From an uncultured Acidimicrobiia bacterium (GTDB lineage Bacteria > Actinomycetota > Acidimicrobiia > IMCC26256 > JAENVU01), in NCBI GenBank assembly GCA_963820025.1, contig CAWFYL010000005.1, positions 19,757-83,756 on the forward strand: a stretch of 64,000 nucleotides of DNA, given 5' to 3'. Position numbers and translations under genes: made by a program. Of this stretch, positions 19,493 through 28,333 are shown piece after piece. Below the pieces are notes generated by a model that saw only the letters and a program-made list of their open reading frames with translations, was not told the origin of the DNA and did no database searches. Numbering within the stretch: the stretch's first letter is position 1; every line of letters starts with the position of its first letter.

Positions 19493-21151
19493 ATGCGCTC
19501 GCGCGAGGGGAAGGCGGAGTCAGGCAAGGCGGAGCCACGGGAGGCGGACCCGATCGCCGAGCACGGAATTCGGAGACCGGCGCGTCATGCGCACGGCCAC
19601 AACCACGACGCTCGCGCGCGTCATTACGCGTTGCGCGCCGTGCGACCGTCGCCCGCCCGGGTCGATGCACCGGAACCCGACGTGTGGCTGCCGATCCTCG
19701 GGATCACGGGAGAGCTCGAGGCCCTCGACCTCACCGCGGAGCTCGAGGCACTCGACCTCGAGGTCAGTCGCGCGACGTTCGACGCCGAGCTCCACGCGCT
19801 CGAATCAGACTTCTGGCGGACCGCGCCCGCCGGGCTCGAGGACGCGGTCGCCCGCATCCGCTTCGTCGAGCCCGTCATCGCGATCGTGGCGCCGCCGGTC
19901 CCGGACCCAGAGACCGAAGCACCGCCGGCCGCGGTCGAGCCCGCCCCGGTCCTCGGGCCGGAACCGGAGCCGGCCCCGGTCCCGGTCCCCGGCCCGCCCG
20001 TACCGGAGCCGGAGAAGTCCAAGGGGCACCGGCTACGGCTCGCGATCATCGGGACGGACGCCCGGACCCGGTTCATCGGCACGGTGCTCGTCCTGGCCCT
20101 GCTGGGGACGCTCGCCACCGCGTTCCCGAACGTGGTCGGCGCTTCCGTGCCCCAGCGCTACGTCACGATCTCGCTCGACGGCCGGACCGTCGCCCGATCG
20201 GTCCGGCTCGACACCGTCGGCGAGGTGCTCGCCCACGAGCACATCACGCTCCGACACGGCGACGTGGTCGTCCCGAACGCGGGTACCGAGCTGCGCGAAG
20301 GGATGCACGTTCGCGTCCTGCGCGCGTTCCCGATCGACGTCGACGTCGACGGCTCGGTCACGACGCTGCGCACCACGCTGCGCTCCGAGGCCGAGCTCCG
20401 GCGCGCGCTCGGCATCAGCGGCGCGCTCGTCGCGACGACGCCGCGCGTCCTCGCCGCGGGCGCGACGGTGACGTTCCGGACTCCGCACGACGTCACCCTC
20501 GCGGTCGACGGTAAGTCGTCTGCGGTGTCGAGCACCGATGCGCTCGATGTCGCCGAGCTGCTGCGCGACCACGGCATCGCGCTGGGCCCGCGTGACGAGG
20601 TGATGCCCGCCGCGAACACGCGCCTCACCGATGGCATGCAGGTCGAGGTGCTGCGCCTCGCGGACGACCAGGTGGCCGACCGGGTGGTCGTGCCGTTCAC
20701 GACCGAGATCCGCGACGACCCGAACCTGCAGGTTGGTCAGAGCCGCACGATCCAGTCCGGGGTTCCCGGGCTGCGCCGCGACATCTTCCGGGTGACGACC
20801 CGCAGCGACGGCGCCGTGGCGGCGCGGACCCAGGTCGGTTCCGAGCTGCTCACCCCGCCGGTCGCGCAGGTCGTGGTCAAGGGCACGCAGCCCATCCCGC
20901 CGCGCGCCACCGGCTCGGCCACCTGGTACGGGACCGCGCCCGGCCGGGGGACGTGTGCGCACCTGACGCTTCGGTTCGGCACCATCGTGACCCTCACGAA
21001 CGTCGCGACCGGCGCGGTCGCCCGCTGCCGGGTCGCCGACCGTGGCCCCGAGGCCTGGACCGGCCACATCATCGACCTCGCGCCGGACGTCTTCCGACAG
21101 CTCGCCCCGCTCGGGCAGGGCGTCATCTCGCGAATCGCGCTCTCGTACTGA
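19493..21151 (+). CDS. RpfB/YabE-like protein: DUF348 repeats, G5 domain, RlpA-like DPBB domain
   Basis: TM helix, TVGEVLAHEHITL and DVAELLRDHGIALGPRDEV repeats, G5-like QSGVPG...VVVKGT. C-terminus ATWY...CAHLTLRFGT...ADRGP...IIDL. Located between tatD and rsmA; start uncertain. Confidence 0.75.
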   Translation: MRSREGKAESGKAEPREADPIAEHGIRRPARHAHGHNHDARARHYALRAVRPSPARVDAPEPDVWLPILGITGELEALDLTAELEALDLEVSRATFDAELHALESDFWRTAPAGLEDAVARIRFVEPVIAIVAPPVPDPETEAPPAAVEPAPVLGPEPEPAPVPVPGPPVPEPEKSKGHRLRLAIIGTDARTRFIGTVLVLALLGTLATAFPNVVGASVPQRYVTISLDGRTVARSVRLDTVGEVLAHEHITLRHGDVVVPNAGTELREGMHVRVLRAFPIDVDVDGSVTTLRTTLRSEAELRRALGISGALVATTPRVLAAGATVTFRTPHDVTLAVDGKSSAVSSTDALDVAELLRDHGIALGPRDEVMPAANTRLTDGMQVEVLRLADDQVADRVVVPFTTEIRDDPNLQVGQSRTIQSGVPGLRRDIFRVTTRSDGAVAARTQVGSELLTPPVAQVVVKGTQPIPPRATGSATWYGTAPGRGTCAHLTLRFGTIVTLTNVATGAVARCRVADRGPEAWTGHIIDLAPDVFRQLAPLGQGVISRIALSY

Positions 21152-21185
21152 GATAGGCAGTCCCGGGACCTGCGAGCATGGCGCC

Positions 21186-22076
21186 GTGGCGCTGCTGACC
21201 CCGGCCTCGATCACCGAGCTGCTCGAACGCCACGACCTCCGGCCCAGCCGCGCGCTCGGCCAGCATTTCCTCGCTGATCCGAACACCGCCCGCCGGATCG
21301 TGCGGCTCGCGGGTGTCGAGGCAGGCGACCACGTGCTGGAGATCGGTCCCGGCGTCGGGTCGCTCACCATCGCGCTCGCGGAGGCCGGCGCGTCGGTGAC
21401 CGCGCTCGAGCTCGACCGCCACATCCTGCCGGCGCTCGCCGAGGTCGTCGCACCGTGGCCGGACGTGCGCGCCGTCCAGGGTGATGCGCTCGAGGTGGAT
21501 CTCGCGTCACTGCTGACCCCCCACAACCGAACTTGCGTCGAAACAGCCGCGTCAGGCGGCTCTTCTGACGCAAGTTCGGGGGAGGGCGGGTGGAAGCTCG
21601 TCGCCAACCTCCCGTACAACGTGGCGACACCACTCGTCGCGCGCGTGCTGGAGACCGCGCCCTCGGTCGGCTCGCTGCTCGTGATGGTGCAACGAGAGGT
21701 CGGTGAGCGCCTCGCTGCCGGGCCGGGCGGCCGCGACTACGGCGCGATCTCGGTCAAGGTCGCGTACTACGGCCGTCCCCGGTTGGTGGGGGCGGTGCCG
21801 CGTACGGTCTTCCTGCCGCCACCCAACGTCGACTCGGTGCTGGTGCGGATCGACCGTCACGCGGCTCCGCCGGTGGAGGTGCCCTCCCCGGACGCACTGT
21901 TCCGTCTGGTGCGCGCGGGGTTCGGCCAACGCCGCAAGATGCTGCGTCGGTCGCTGCAGCCCGAGCTCGCCGACCGCACGCTCGCGGTGCTCGACGCGGC
22001 AGGTGTGGACCCGCGCCAACGGGCCGAGGCGCTCGACCTCGACGCGTGGGCCGCGGTCGCGCGGGCTGCGGCGTGA
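21186..22076 (+). CDS. rsmA: 16S rRNA adenine dimethyltransferase
   Basis: LGQHFL, EIGPGVGSLT, ANLPYN, MVQREV, RRKMLR. Confidence 0.95.
   Translation: MALLTPASITELLERHDLRPSRALGQHFLADPNTARRIVRLAGVEAGDHVLEIGPGVGSLTIALAEAGASVTALELDRHILPALAEVVAPWPDVRAVQGDALEVDLASLLTPHNRTCVETAASGGSSDASSGEGGWKLVANLPYNVATPLVARVLETAPSVGSLLVMVQREVGERLAAGPGGRDYGAISVKVAYYGRPRLVGAVPRTVFLPPPNVDSVLVRIDRHAAPPVEVPSPDALFRLVRAGFGQRRKMLRRSLQPELADRTLAVLDAAGVDPRQRAEALDLDAWAAVARAAA
21527..21579. repeat. 53-bp palindrome embedded in frame in rsmA
   Basis: Perfect 13-bp arms CCGAACTTGCGTC / GACGCAAGTTCGG around an inner AGCCGC-gtcag-GCGGCT stem. Confidence 0.75.
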
Positions 22077-22924
22077 CACTGGAGCTGCTCGCCCCGGCCA
22101 AGCTCACACTCTCGCTGCGGGTGCTCGGTGTCCGAGACGACGGCTACCACGCGCTCGATGCGCTGACGGTCTCGGTCGACACGCCGTACGACGCGCTGCA
22201 CGTCGAGCCGGGACCGCCCGGTGTGCGGCTGACGGTCGGCGGCCCCGCGGCGGACGGGGTCCCGGTCGACGACACCAACCTCGTCGTCCGGGCGGCGCGT
22301 GCGGTGCTGCCCGACGGCGCGGGCCTCGAGATCAGCCTGCGCAAGCAGATCCGGCCGGGCTCGGGTCTGGGCGGCGGGTCATCGGACGCGGCGGCGGTCC
22401 TGCGGGTGTGCGCCGAGACCTACGGCCTCGACCCGGACACGGTCGCCGACGCGGCGGCGGCGATCGGCTCGGACGTGCCGTTCTGCCTGCACCGGGGACC
22501 GGCCTGGATGCGCGGCCGCGGCGAGGTGATCGACCCGGTGGCGCTGGCCGAGCCGCTGCGGGTCCTGGTCGTGGTCCCGCCGTTCGCGGTCAGCACGCCC
22601 GCGGTCTACCGGGCCTGGGACGCGTTGGGCGGCCCCGAGAGCACACGGGTGCAGCCGGCCCCGCGCGCGGTCGCGGCGGTCGTCGGTTCGCTCGCCAACG
22701 ACCTCGAGCCCGCGGCCGAGCACGTCGAGCCTCGGCTCACCCCGTTCCGGGTCGCGCTCGAGCGCGCCGCGGGGTCGCCCGCGCTCCTCGCCGGCAGCGG
22801 CGCGGCCTGGTGGATCCCGATCGACGATCCCGATGAGGGCCGGGCCGCCGCGGCCCGGGTCGAGCGGGAGCTCGGCGTCGCGGGGCACCTCGGCATGACG
22901 CTGCCCGCGATGACGGCATCGTGA
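22073..22924 (+). CDS. ispE: 4-diphosphocytidyl-2-C-methyl-D-erythritol kinase
   Basis: APAKLTLSL, DGYH, GLGGGSSDAA, GSDVPF, NDLE. Confidence 0.93.
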   Translation: MTLELLAPAKLTLSLRVLGVRDDGYHALDALTVSVDTPYDALHVEPGPPGVRLTVGGPAADGVPVDDTNLVVRAARAVLPDGAGLEISLRKQIRPGSGLGGGSSDAAAVLRVCAETYGLDPDTVADAAAAIGSDVPFCLHRGPAWMRGRGEVIDPVALAEPLRVLVVVPPFAVSTPAVYRAWDALGGPESTRVQPAPRAVAAVVGSLANDLEPAAEHVEPRLTPFRVALERAAGSPALLAGSGAAWWIPIDDPDEGRAAAARVERELGVAGHLGMTLPAMTAS

Positions 22925-22951
22925 CCGGCGACGGCAGGGTCCGGACGCGAC

Positions 22952-22975
22952 GGGAGCCGCCCGGAGGCGGCTCCC
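22952..22975. terminator. Hairpin between convergent ispE and bS22
   Basis: GGGAGCCGCC-cgga-GGCGGCTCCC, perfect 10-bp stem, no U-tract. Confidence 0.55.
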
Positions 22976-23011
22976 TGATCTCGTGGCGCGCGGCCGGGGC
23001 CGGTGGCTCGC

Positions 23012-23113
23012 CTACCGGCCCTGCTGCCGGCGCTGCCAGCGCGTCTTCTTCAGAAGCTTCTTGTGCTTCTTCTTGCGCATGCGCTTGCGGCGCTTCTTGA
23101 TCAGGGAACCCAT
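23012..23113 (-). CDS. 30S ribosomal protein bS22 (AURKAIP1/COX24 domain)
   Basis: MGSLIKKRRKRMRKKKHKKLLKKTRWQRRQQGR. Confidence 0.92.
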   Translation of the reverse strand: MGSLIKKRRKRMRKKKHKKLLKKTRWQRRQQGR

Positions 23114-23202
23114 GAGGGTGCGGAGGGTAGCCGGGGCGCACGCGGCTGTCACATTCTGCGCACGGTGCCGGGGATGGCGCGGGGTAAGGTCGATCGGGTC
23201 GG

Positions 23203-23273
23203 TCGGGGGTGGTGTAACGGCAGCACGGGGTCCTTTGGAGTCCCAAGTCGAGGTTCGAAACCTCGCCCCCGAG
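23203..23273 (+). tRNA. tRNA-Gln(TTG)
   Basis: Acceptor TCGGGGG/CCCCCGA, anticodon loop CT-TTG-GA, T arm CGAGG-TTCGAAA-CCTCG. Usual position before glmU. Confidence 0.93.
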
Positions 23274-23326
23274 CACCGGAGCCACCGGAGACCCCAGGGA
23301 CGGTGCGAGATGGAGCGGACGCAGCG

Positions 23327-24748
23327 ATGAGTGGCTACCGGCCGTTGGCCGCGGTGGTCCTCGCCGCGGGCGAGGGGACGCGCATGCGCTCCGAGACGCC
23401 GAAGGTCCTCCACCCGCTGTGCGGCCGCCCGATGCTCCTGCACGTCGTCGATGCACTCGTCGCGCTGCCGCTCGAGCGCATCGTGATCGTCGTCGGCCAC
23501 GGGGCCGAGCGGGTCACGAAGACGCTCCAGGATCTGATCGCGAGCGAGATGCCGATCGAGTTCGTCGAGCAGCGCGTGCAGCGCGGCACCGGCGACGCGG
23601 TCAGCGTGGCCCTCACCGCGTTCTCGGACGATCCGGACCTCGACGGCGACGTGCTCGTGATACCCGGCGACGCGCCCCTGGTGCGTCCCGAGGTGCTCGC
23701 CCGGCTCGCCCGCGAGCACCGGGAGGCCGACGCGGCGGCCACGATGCTCACGGCCGAGCTCGACGAGCTGACGGTGGACTTCGGCCGGGTCGTGCGCGAC
23801 GACAAGGACCGGGTCGACCACATCGTCGAGAAGACGGACGCCAGCCCCGAGGAGCTCGAGATCGACGAGGTGAACACCTCGATCTACTGCTTCCGGCGCG
23901 GGCTGCTCGCCCCCGCGCTCCGGCGGCTGAGCCCGGAGAACGCTCAAGGCGAGTACTACCTGACCGACGCGGTCGCGGTGCTGCGCCAGGCCGGCCACGG
24001 TGTGCTCGCGGTCCCGGCCGACGACCGGACCGCCGCGATGCACGTGAACGACCGCGCGCAGCTCGCGGCCGCGGAGGCCGAGCTGCGGGCCCGCATCAAC
24101 GCGCGCTGGATGCGTGAGGGCGTCTCGATGGTGGATCCCGCGTCGACGTACGTCGACGCCGCGGTCGAGATCGAGCCGGATGTGCGCCTGCTCCCGGGGA
24201 CGATCCTCGAGGGGCGGACGGTGGTGAGCGCAGGCGCGGTCGTGGGCCCCGACACCCAGCTCGTCGACACGATCGTCGGCGAGCGCGCGGTGGTGCGCCA
24301 GACCGTCGCCCGCGAAGCGGAGATCGGCGACGACTGCACCGTGGGGCCCTACGTCTCGCTGCGCCCGGGCACCCGCCTCGCGCCGCGGGCGCACGTCGGG
24401 ACGTTCGTCGAGACGAAGAACGCGGAGATCGGGGAGGGCGCGAAGGTGCCGCACCTCGCGTACGTCGGTGACGCCGAGATCGGTGCCGGCGCCAACATCG
24501 GGGCCGGGACCATCACGGCCAACTACGACGGCCGCTCCAAGCACCGCACCGTCGTGGGGCCCGACGCGCGCATCTCGTCGAACACCGTCCTCGTCGCACC
24601 GGTCGAGATCGGGAGGGGTGCGTACACCGGTGCCGGCGCGGTCGTGAACCGTGACGTCCCGCCGGGCGCGCTCGCCAAGGGTGTGCCGGCCGAGATCGAA
24701 GAAGGGTGGGCGGAACGCCGCGCCCGGCGCGACGAGGAAGGCGACTGA
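23327..24748 (+). CDS. glmU: Bifunctional UDP-GlcNAc pyrophosphorylase/acetyltransferase
   Basis: LAAGEGTRMRS, PKVLH, GTGDAV, QGEYYLTD, KVPHLAYVGDA, NYDG, hexapeptide repeats. Confidence 0.96.
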   Translation: MSGYRPLAAVVLAAGEGTRMRSETPKVLHPLCGRPMLLHVVDALVALPLERIVIVVGHGAERVTKTLQDLIASEMPIEFVEQRVQRGTGDAVSVALTAFSDDPDLDGDVLVIPGDAPLVRPEVLARLAREHREADAAATMLTAELDELTVDFGRVVRDDKDRVDHIVEKTDASPEELEIDEVNTSIYCFRRGLLAPALRRLSPENAQGEYYLTDAVAVLRQAGHGVLAVPADDRTAAMHVNDRAQLAAAEAELRARINARWMREGVSMVDPASTYVDAAVEIEPDVRLLPGTILEGRTVVSAGAVVGPDTQLVDTIVGERAVVRQTVAREAEIGDDCTVGPYVSLRPGTRLAPRAHVGTFVETKNAEIGEGAKVPHLAYVGDAEIGAGANIGAGTITANYDGRSKHRTVVGPDARISSNTVLVAPVEIGRGAYTGAGAVVNRDVPPGALAKGVPAEIEEGWAERRARRDEEGD

Positions 24749-25737
24749 TGGACCTGGTCAGCAAGAAGCGGCTCCTGCTCTTCGCCGGCTCCGGGAACCC
24801 GGAGCTGTCGCGGGAGATCGCCGCCAACCTCGAGCTGCCGCTCGGTGACATCAAGCTCTCCCGCTTCGCCAATGGCGAGCTGTACTGCCGCTACGGCGAG
24901 AGCGTTCGCGGCGCGGACGTCTTCCTGCTCCAGAGCTACTGCGACCCGATCAACGACCGGATCATGGAGCAGCTGATCATGATCGACGCCGCGAAGCGCG
25001 CGTCGGCGAAGCGCATCACCGTCGTGTGCCCGTTCTACGGCTACGCCCGCCAGGACCGGAAGGCGGAAGGTCGCGAGCCGATCACGGCTCGGCTGGTCGC
25101 GGACCTGCTCACGGTCGCGGGCGCGGACCGCGTCGTCACGGTCGACCTGCATACCGGGCAGATCCAGGGTTTCTTCGACTTCCCGGTGGATCACCTCACC
25201 GCGGTGCCCCTGCTCGCGAACCACATGGCGAAGGACCTCGAGACGAGCCACCGCGTCACCGTCGTCTCCCCCGACGCCGGCGGCGGCAAGCTGGCCCGGC
25301 GGTTCGCGAACTGCCTCGAGGAGCACGGCATCGACGCCGATCTCGCGTTCATCGACAAGCGGCGACCCAAGGGCACGCACAACGTCGCGGTCGCCGAGGA
25401 GGTCGTCGGCGAGGTCGCGGGGAGGCAGTGCCTGCTCGTCGACGACATCATCGACACTGCGGGCACGGTGGTGAGCGCGGCCGAGCTGCTCACCAAGCGG
25501 GGTGCGGACTCGGTGTCGATCGTCGCCACGCACGCCCTGCTCTCCGGCCCCGCGGTCGACCGCCTGAAGAACGGCCCCATCCGCGAGGTGATCGTCACCA
25601 ACACGCTCCCGATCTCGGACGAGAAGCACTTCGACTCGTTGCGGGTGCTCTCGATCGCGCCGATCGTGGCCGATGCGATCGACGCGGTCTTCGACGACAC
25701 CTCGGTCTCCGAGCTGTTCAAGGGCGACAACGTCTGA
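24748..25737 (+). CDS. prs: Ribose-phosphate pyrophosphokinase
   Basis: FANGE, YARQDRK, DLHTGQIQGFF, SPDAGG, VDDIIDTAGT. Confidence 0.97.
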   Translation: MDLVSKKRLLLFAGSGNPELSREIAANLELPLGDIKLSRFANGELYCRYGESVRGADVFLLQSYCDPINDRIMEQLIMIDAAKRASAKRITVVCPFYGYARQDRKAEGREPITARLVADLLTVAGADRVVTVDLHTGQIQGFFDFPVDHLTAVPLLANHMAKDLETSHRVTVVSPDAGGGKLARRFANCLEEHGIDADLAFIDKRRPKGTHNVAVAEEVVGEVAGRQCLLVDDIIDTAGTVVSAAELLTKRGADSVSIVATHALLSGPAVDRLKNGPIREVIVTNTLPISDEKHFDSLRVLSIAPIVADAIDAVFDDTSVSELFKGDNV

Positions 25738-25845
25738 CGTCCCGGGGCCCGGGCCGCGCGGCCCCGGGGGCCCTGTTTGGATCGGGCCCGTCCCAGCGGG
25801 CACAATGGTGGGTCCCCCCCGATCCTCCGAAGGACCTCACGCGCC

Positions 25846-26523
25846 ATGCCCGACGTCATCATCCAGGCCGAGCCCCGCACCAAGCTGGGCTCCCGCAACG
25901 CCGGTCGCATCCGCCGCGAAGGGCTCCTCCCGGCAACCGTGTACGGCCTCCAGAGCGACACGCTCTCCATCACGGTGTCGGCGCGCGAGCTCGACCACGC
26001 GCTCCACAGCGCGTCGGGCGCGAACACTCTCATCACGCTCAAGATGGACGGTCAGGACGACGCGCTGGCACTGGCCCGCCAGATCCAGCGGCACCCGACG
26101 CGCAACGAGCTGGTCCACGTGGACTTCGTGCGGGTCCGTCGCGACGTCGCGGTCGCAGCCGAGATCCCGCTCAACCTCGAGGGTGAGCCGCCGGGGGCGA
26201 AGGAGGGCGGCGTGCTCGAGCAGCTGTTCTTCACCGTCACCGTCGAAGCGCTCCCCGGCAACATCCCGACCGAGATCGTCGTCGACGTCTCGCACCTCGC
26301 GCTCGGCGACCAGCTCCATGTCGCGGACCTGCCGATCCCGGCCGGGGTCACGGTGCAGCACGAACCGGACGAGCTCGTCGTCCAGGTCTCCATCCCCCGC
26401 GGGCTCAGCGAGGAAGAGGAAGCCGCCGAGGGCGAAGAGGGTGCCGAGGGCGAAGAGGGTGCCGAGGGCGGCGAGGCGAGCGCGTCCGACGACGGCGGCG
26501 ACGGCGGAGACTCCGAGGAGTAG
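25846..26523 (+). CDS. rplY: 50S ribosomal protein L25/Ctc
   Basis: RREGLLPATVYG, QRHP, HVDF, acidic tail. Confidence 0.93.
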   Translation: MPDVIIQAEPRTKLGSRNAGRIRREGLLPATVYGLQSDTLSITVSARELDHALHSASGANTLITLKMDGQDDALALARQIQRHPTRNELVHVDFVRVRRDVAVAAEIPLNLEGEPPGAKEGGVLEQLFFTVTVEALPGNIPTEIVVDVSHLALGDQLHVADLPIPAGVTVQHEPDELVVQVSIPRGLSEEEEAAEGEEGAEGEEGAEGGEASASDDGGDGGDSEE

Positions 26524-26526
26524 TCG

Positions 26527-27147
26527 GTGGCCCTCCGCCGGTCGCGTTCCTCACCGCGCACCGGAACTCCGGCCGATGTGCTCGTGGTCGGGCTCGGCAA
26601 CCCGGGCGAGGAGTTCGCCCGCACGCGTCACAACGTCGGCGCGGAGGTCGTGGAGCTGCTCGCCGTCCGTCACGGGGCCAAGCTCAAGAAGGGGAAGGAG
26701 CGCGCGCGCGTCGACGAGGTCCGCGTCGGCGACCGGCGGGTCGCACTCGCGATCCCGCTCACCTTCATGAACGACTCTGGGGAGTCTGTCGGGTTGCTCG
26801 CGCGCCGCTACGGCGTGGAGCCGGAGCAGGTCGTGATCGTCCACGACGAGCTCGATCTGCCGGTCGCCACGCTCAAGCTCAAGTCCGGGGGCGGGCTCGC
26901 GGGCCACAACGGCCTGCGCTCGATCAAGTCCCACCTGCACAGCGACGCGTTCCGGCGGGTGCGGATCGGCGTGGGCAAGCCGGTGAGCAAGGAGCGCGGT
27001 GCCGACCACGTGCTGAACCGGTTCGGCAAGCGCGAACGCGCCGAGATCGACGTCACCGTCGAGCGCGCCGCGGATGCGGTCGAGATGATCGTGACGGACG
27101 GGATCGACCCCGCGATGAACGCCTTCAACACCAGCGCCGCCGGCTGA
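26527..27147 (+). CDS. pth: Peptidyl-tRNA hydrolase
   Basis: VGLGNPG, TRHNVG, FMNDSG, HDELD, GHNGLRS, RVRIGVG. Confidence 0.96.
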   Translation: MALRRSRSSPRTGTPADVLVVGLGNPGEEFARTRHNVGAEVVELLAVRHGAKLKKGKERARVDEVRVGDRRVALAIPLTFMNDSGESVGLLARRYGVEPEQVVIVHDELDLPVATLKLKSGGGLAGHNGLRSIKSHLHSDAFRRVRIGVGKPVSKERGADHVLNRFGKRERAEIDVTVERAADAVEMIVTDGIDPAMNAFNTSAAG

Positions 27148-27199
27148 CACCGGTCGCGGAGCGCGCGAGCGCGCGGACCGCGCGAGCGCGCGGACCGCG

Positions 27200-27736
27200 T
27201 CAGGGTTGGGCGAGCAGCCAGCCGGCGAACGCCGCGAGGTCGTCCCAGACCGGGACGTCCGGGTGCTCACGCTCGGTCACCGCGCCCTTGCCGGTGCGGA
27301 CGAGCGCCGGCCGCACGCCCGCGTGGCGCGCCGCTTCAATGTCACGCGGCGCGTCGCCGACGAACCACGTCGCGGCGGGCTCGAACGGCCACGCGACTCG
27401 CGCCTGCTCGAGCAGCAGCGTGCCGGGCTTCCTGCATGCGCACCGAATCTCAGGGGTATGAGGGCACACATGGAATCCACGGAGGGTATTCCCGAGGCGG
27501 CGGTCGAGCTCGCTGTTGATCGTGTGGAGCGCGTCGAGCGTCAGCCGTCCCCGTCCGACCACCGACTGGTTGGTCACGACGAGCAGCTCGTAGCCGGCCG
27601 CGCGGAGCACGGCCGTGGCGTCGTCCGCGCCCGGGACGACTTCGAGGTCTTCGACCGTTATGACCGAGTCGGTTCGGTCGACGTTGAGCACTCCGTCACG
27701 ATCGAGGAGAACTACCCGGTTGCTAACCTCAAGCAC
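27200..27736 (-). CDS. gmhB: D,D-heptose 1,7-bisphosphate phosphatase
   Basis: DRDGVLN, VTNQS, CPH...CACRKPG, VGD..RD. Confidence 0.88.
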   Translation of the reverse strand: MLEVSNRVVLLDRDGVLNVDRTDSVITVEDLEVVPGADDATAVLRAAGYELLVVTNQSVVGRGRLTLDALHTINSELDRRLGNTLRGFHVCPHTPEIRCACRKPGTLLLEQARVAWPFEPAATWFVGDAPRDIEAARHAGVRPALVRTGKGAVTEREHPDVPVWDDLAAFAGWLLAQP

Positions 27737-27763
27737 GACAGTGCGCCCGTCGAGAGACAGTTC

Positions 27764-28333
27764 GTGGAATTCCAGCAGGCTATCGATGACCATCAGGTGG
27801 TGATGACGGCTCTCGCGACACTCGAACCGCAGGTCCGGGGCGTCGCCGACCGGATGGTCGCCGCGCTCCGTGGCGGTGGCACCGTCCTCTGGTTCGGCAA
27901 CGGTGGGAGCGCTTCCCAGGCTCAACACTTCGCGACCGAGCTCGTCGGGCGCTACCTCGTCGACCGGCCCGGCCTCGCGTCGGTGGCGCTGACGACCGAC
28001 GGAAGCCTCCTCACCGCGGTCGCGAACGACGGTGGCTTCGAGGACGTGTTCGCGCGCCAGCTCGACGCGCTCTGCCGCCCGGGCGACGTCGCGGTCGGCC
28101 TTTCCACCTCCGGGACGAGCCCGAACGTCGTGCGCGGGCTCGAGGTCGCGAACGAGCGTGGCGCGTTCACCGTCGGGATCACCGGCGGCGACGGAGGCAA
28201 GCTCGCGACCGTGGCCCAGGCGACGCTGATCGTGCCGAGTACGGCGACACCCCGGATCCAGGAGGCGCACCTCTTCCTGGGGCACGAGCTCTGTCACCTG
28301 GTGGAAGCCGAGATGGCCGGCGAGGACGCCTGA
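27764..28333 (+). CDS. gmhA: Sedoheptulose 7-phosphate isomerase
   Basis: GNGGSASQAQH, TAVAND, FARQ, STSGTSPN, TPRIQEAH. Confidence 0.93.
   Translation: MEFQQAIDDHQVVMTALATLEPQVRGVADRMVAALRGGGTVLWFGNGGSASQAQHFATELVGRYLVDRPGLASVALTTDGSLLTAVANDGGFEDVFARQLDALCRPGDVAVGLSTSGTSPNVVRGLEVANERGAFTVGITGGDGGKLATVAQATLIVPSTATPRIQEAHLFLGHELCHLVEAEMAGEDA

Noticed and set aside
26410-26523. 18-bp repeats at the end of rplY
   Set aside because: They encode the ordinary acidic AEGEEG tail of L25/Ctc.
27156-27199. 17-bp tandem repeat GCGCGAGCGCGCGGACC between pth and gmhB
   Set aside because: Low-complexity GC duplication. It could be a terminator or insertion scar, but nothing further supports that.
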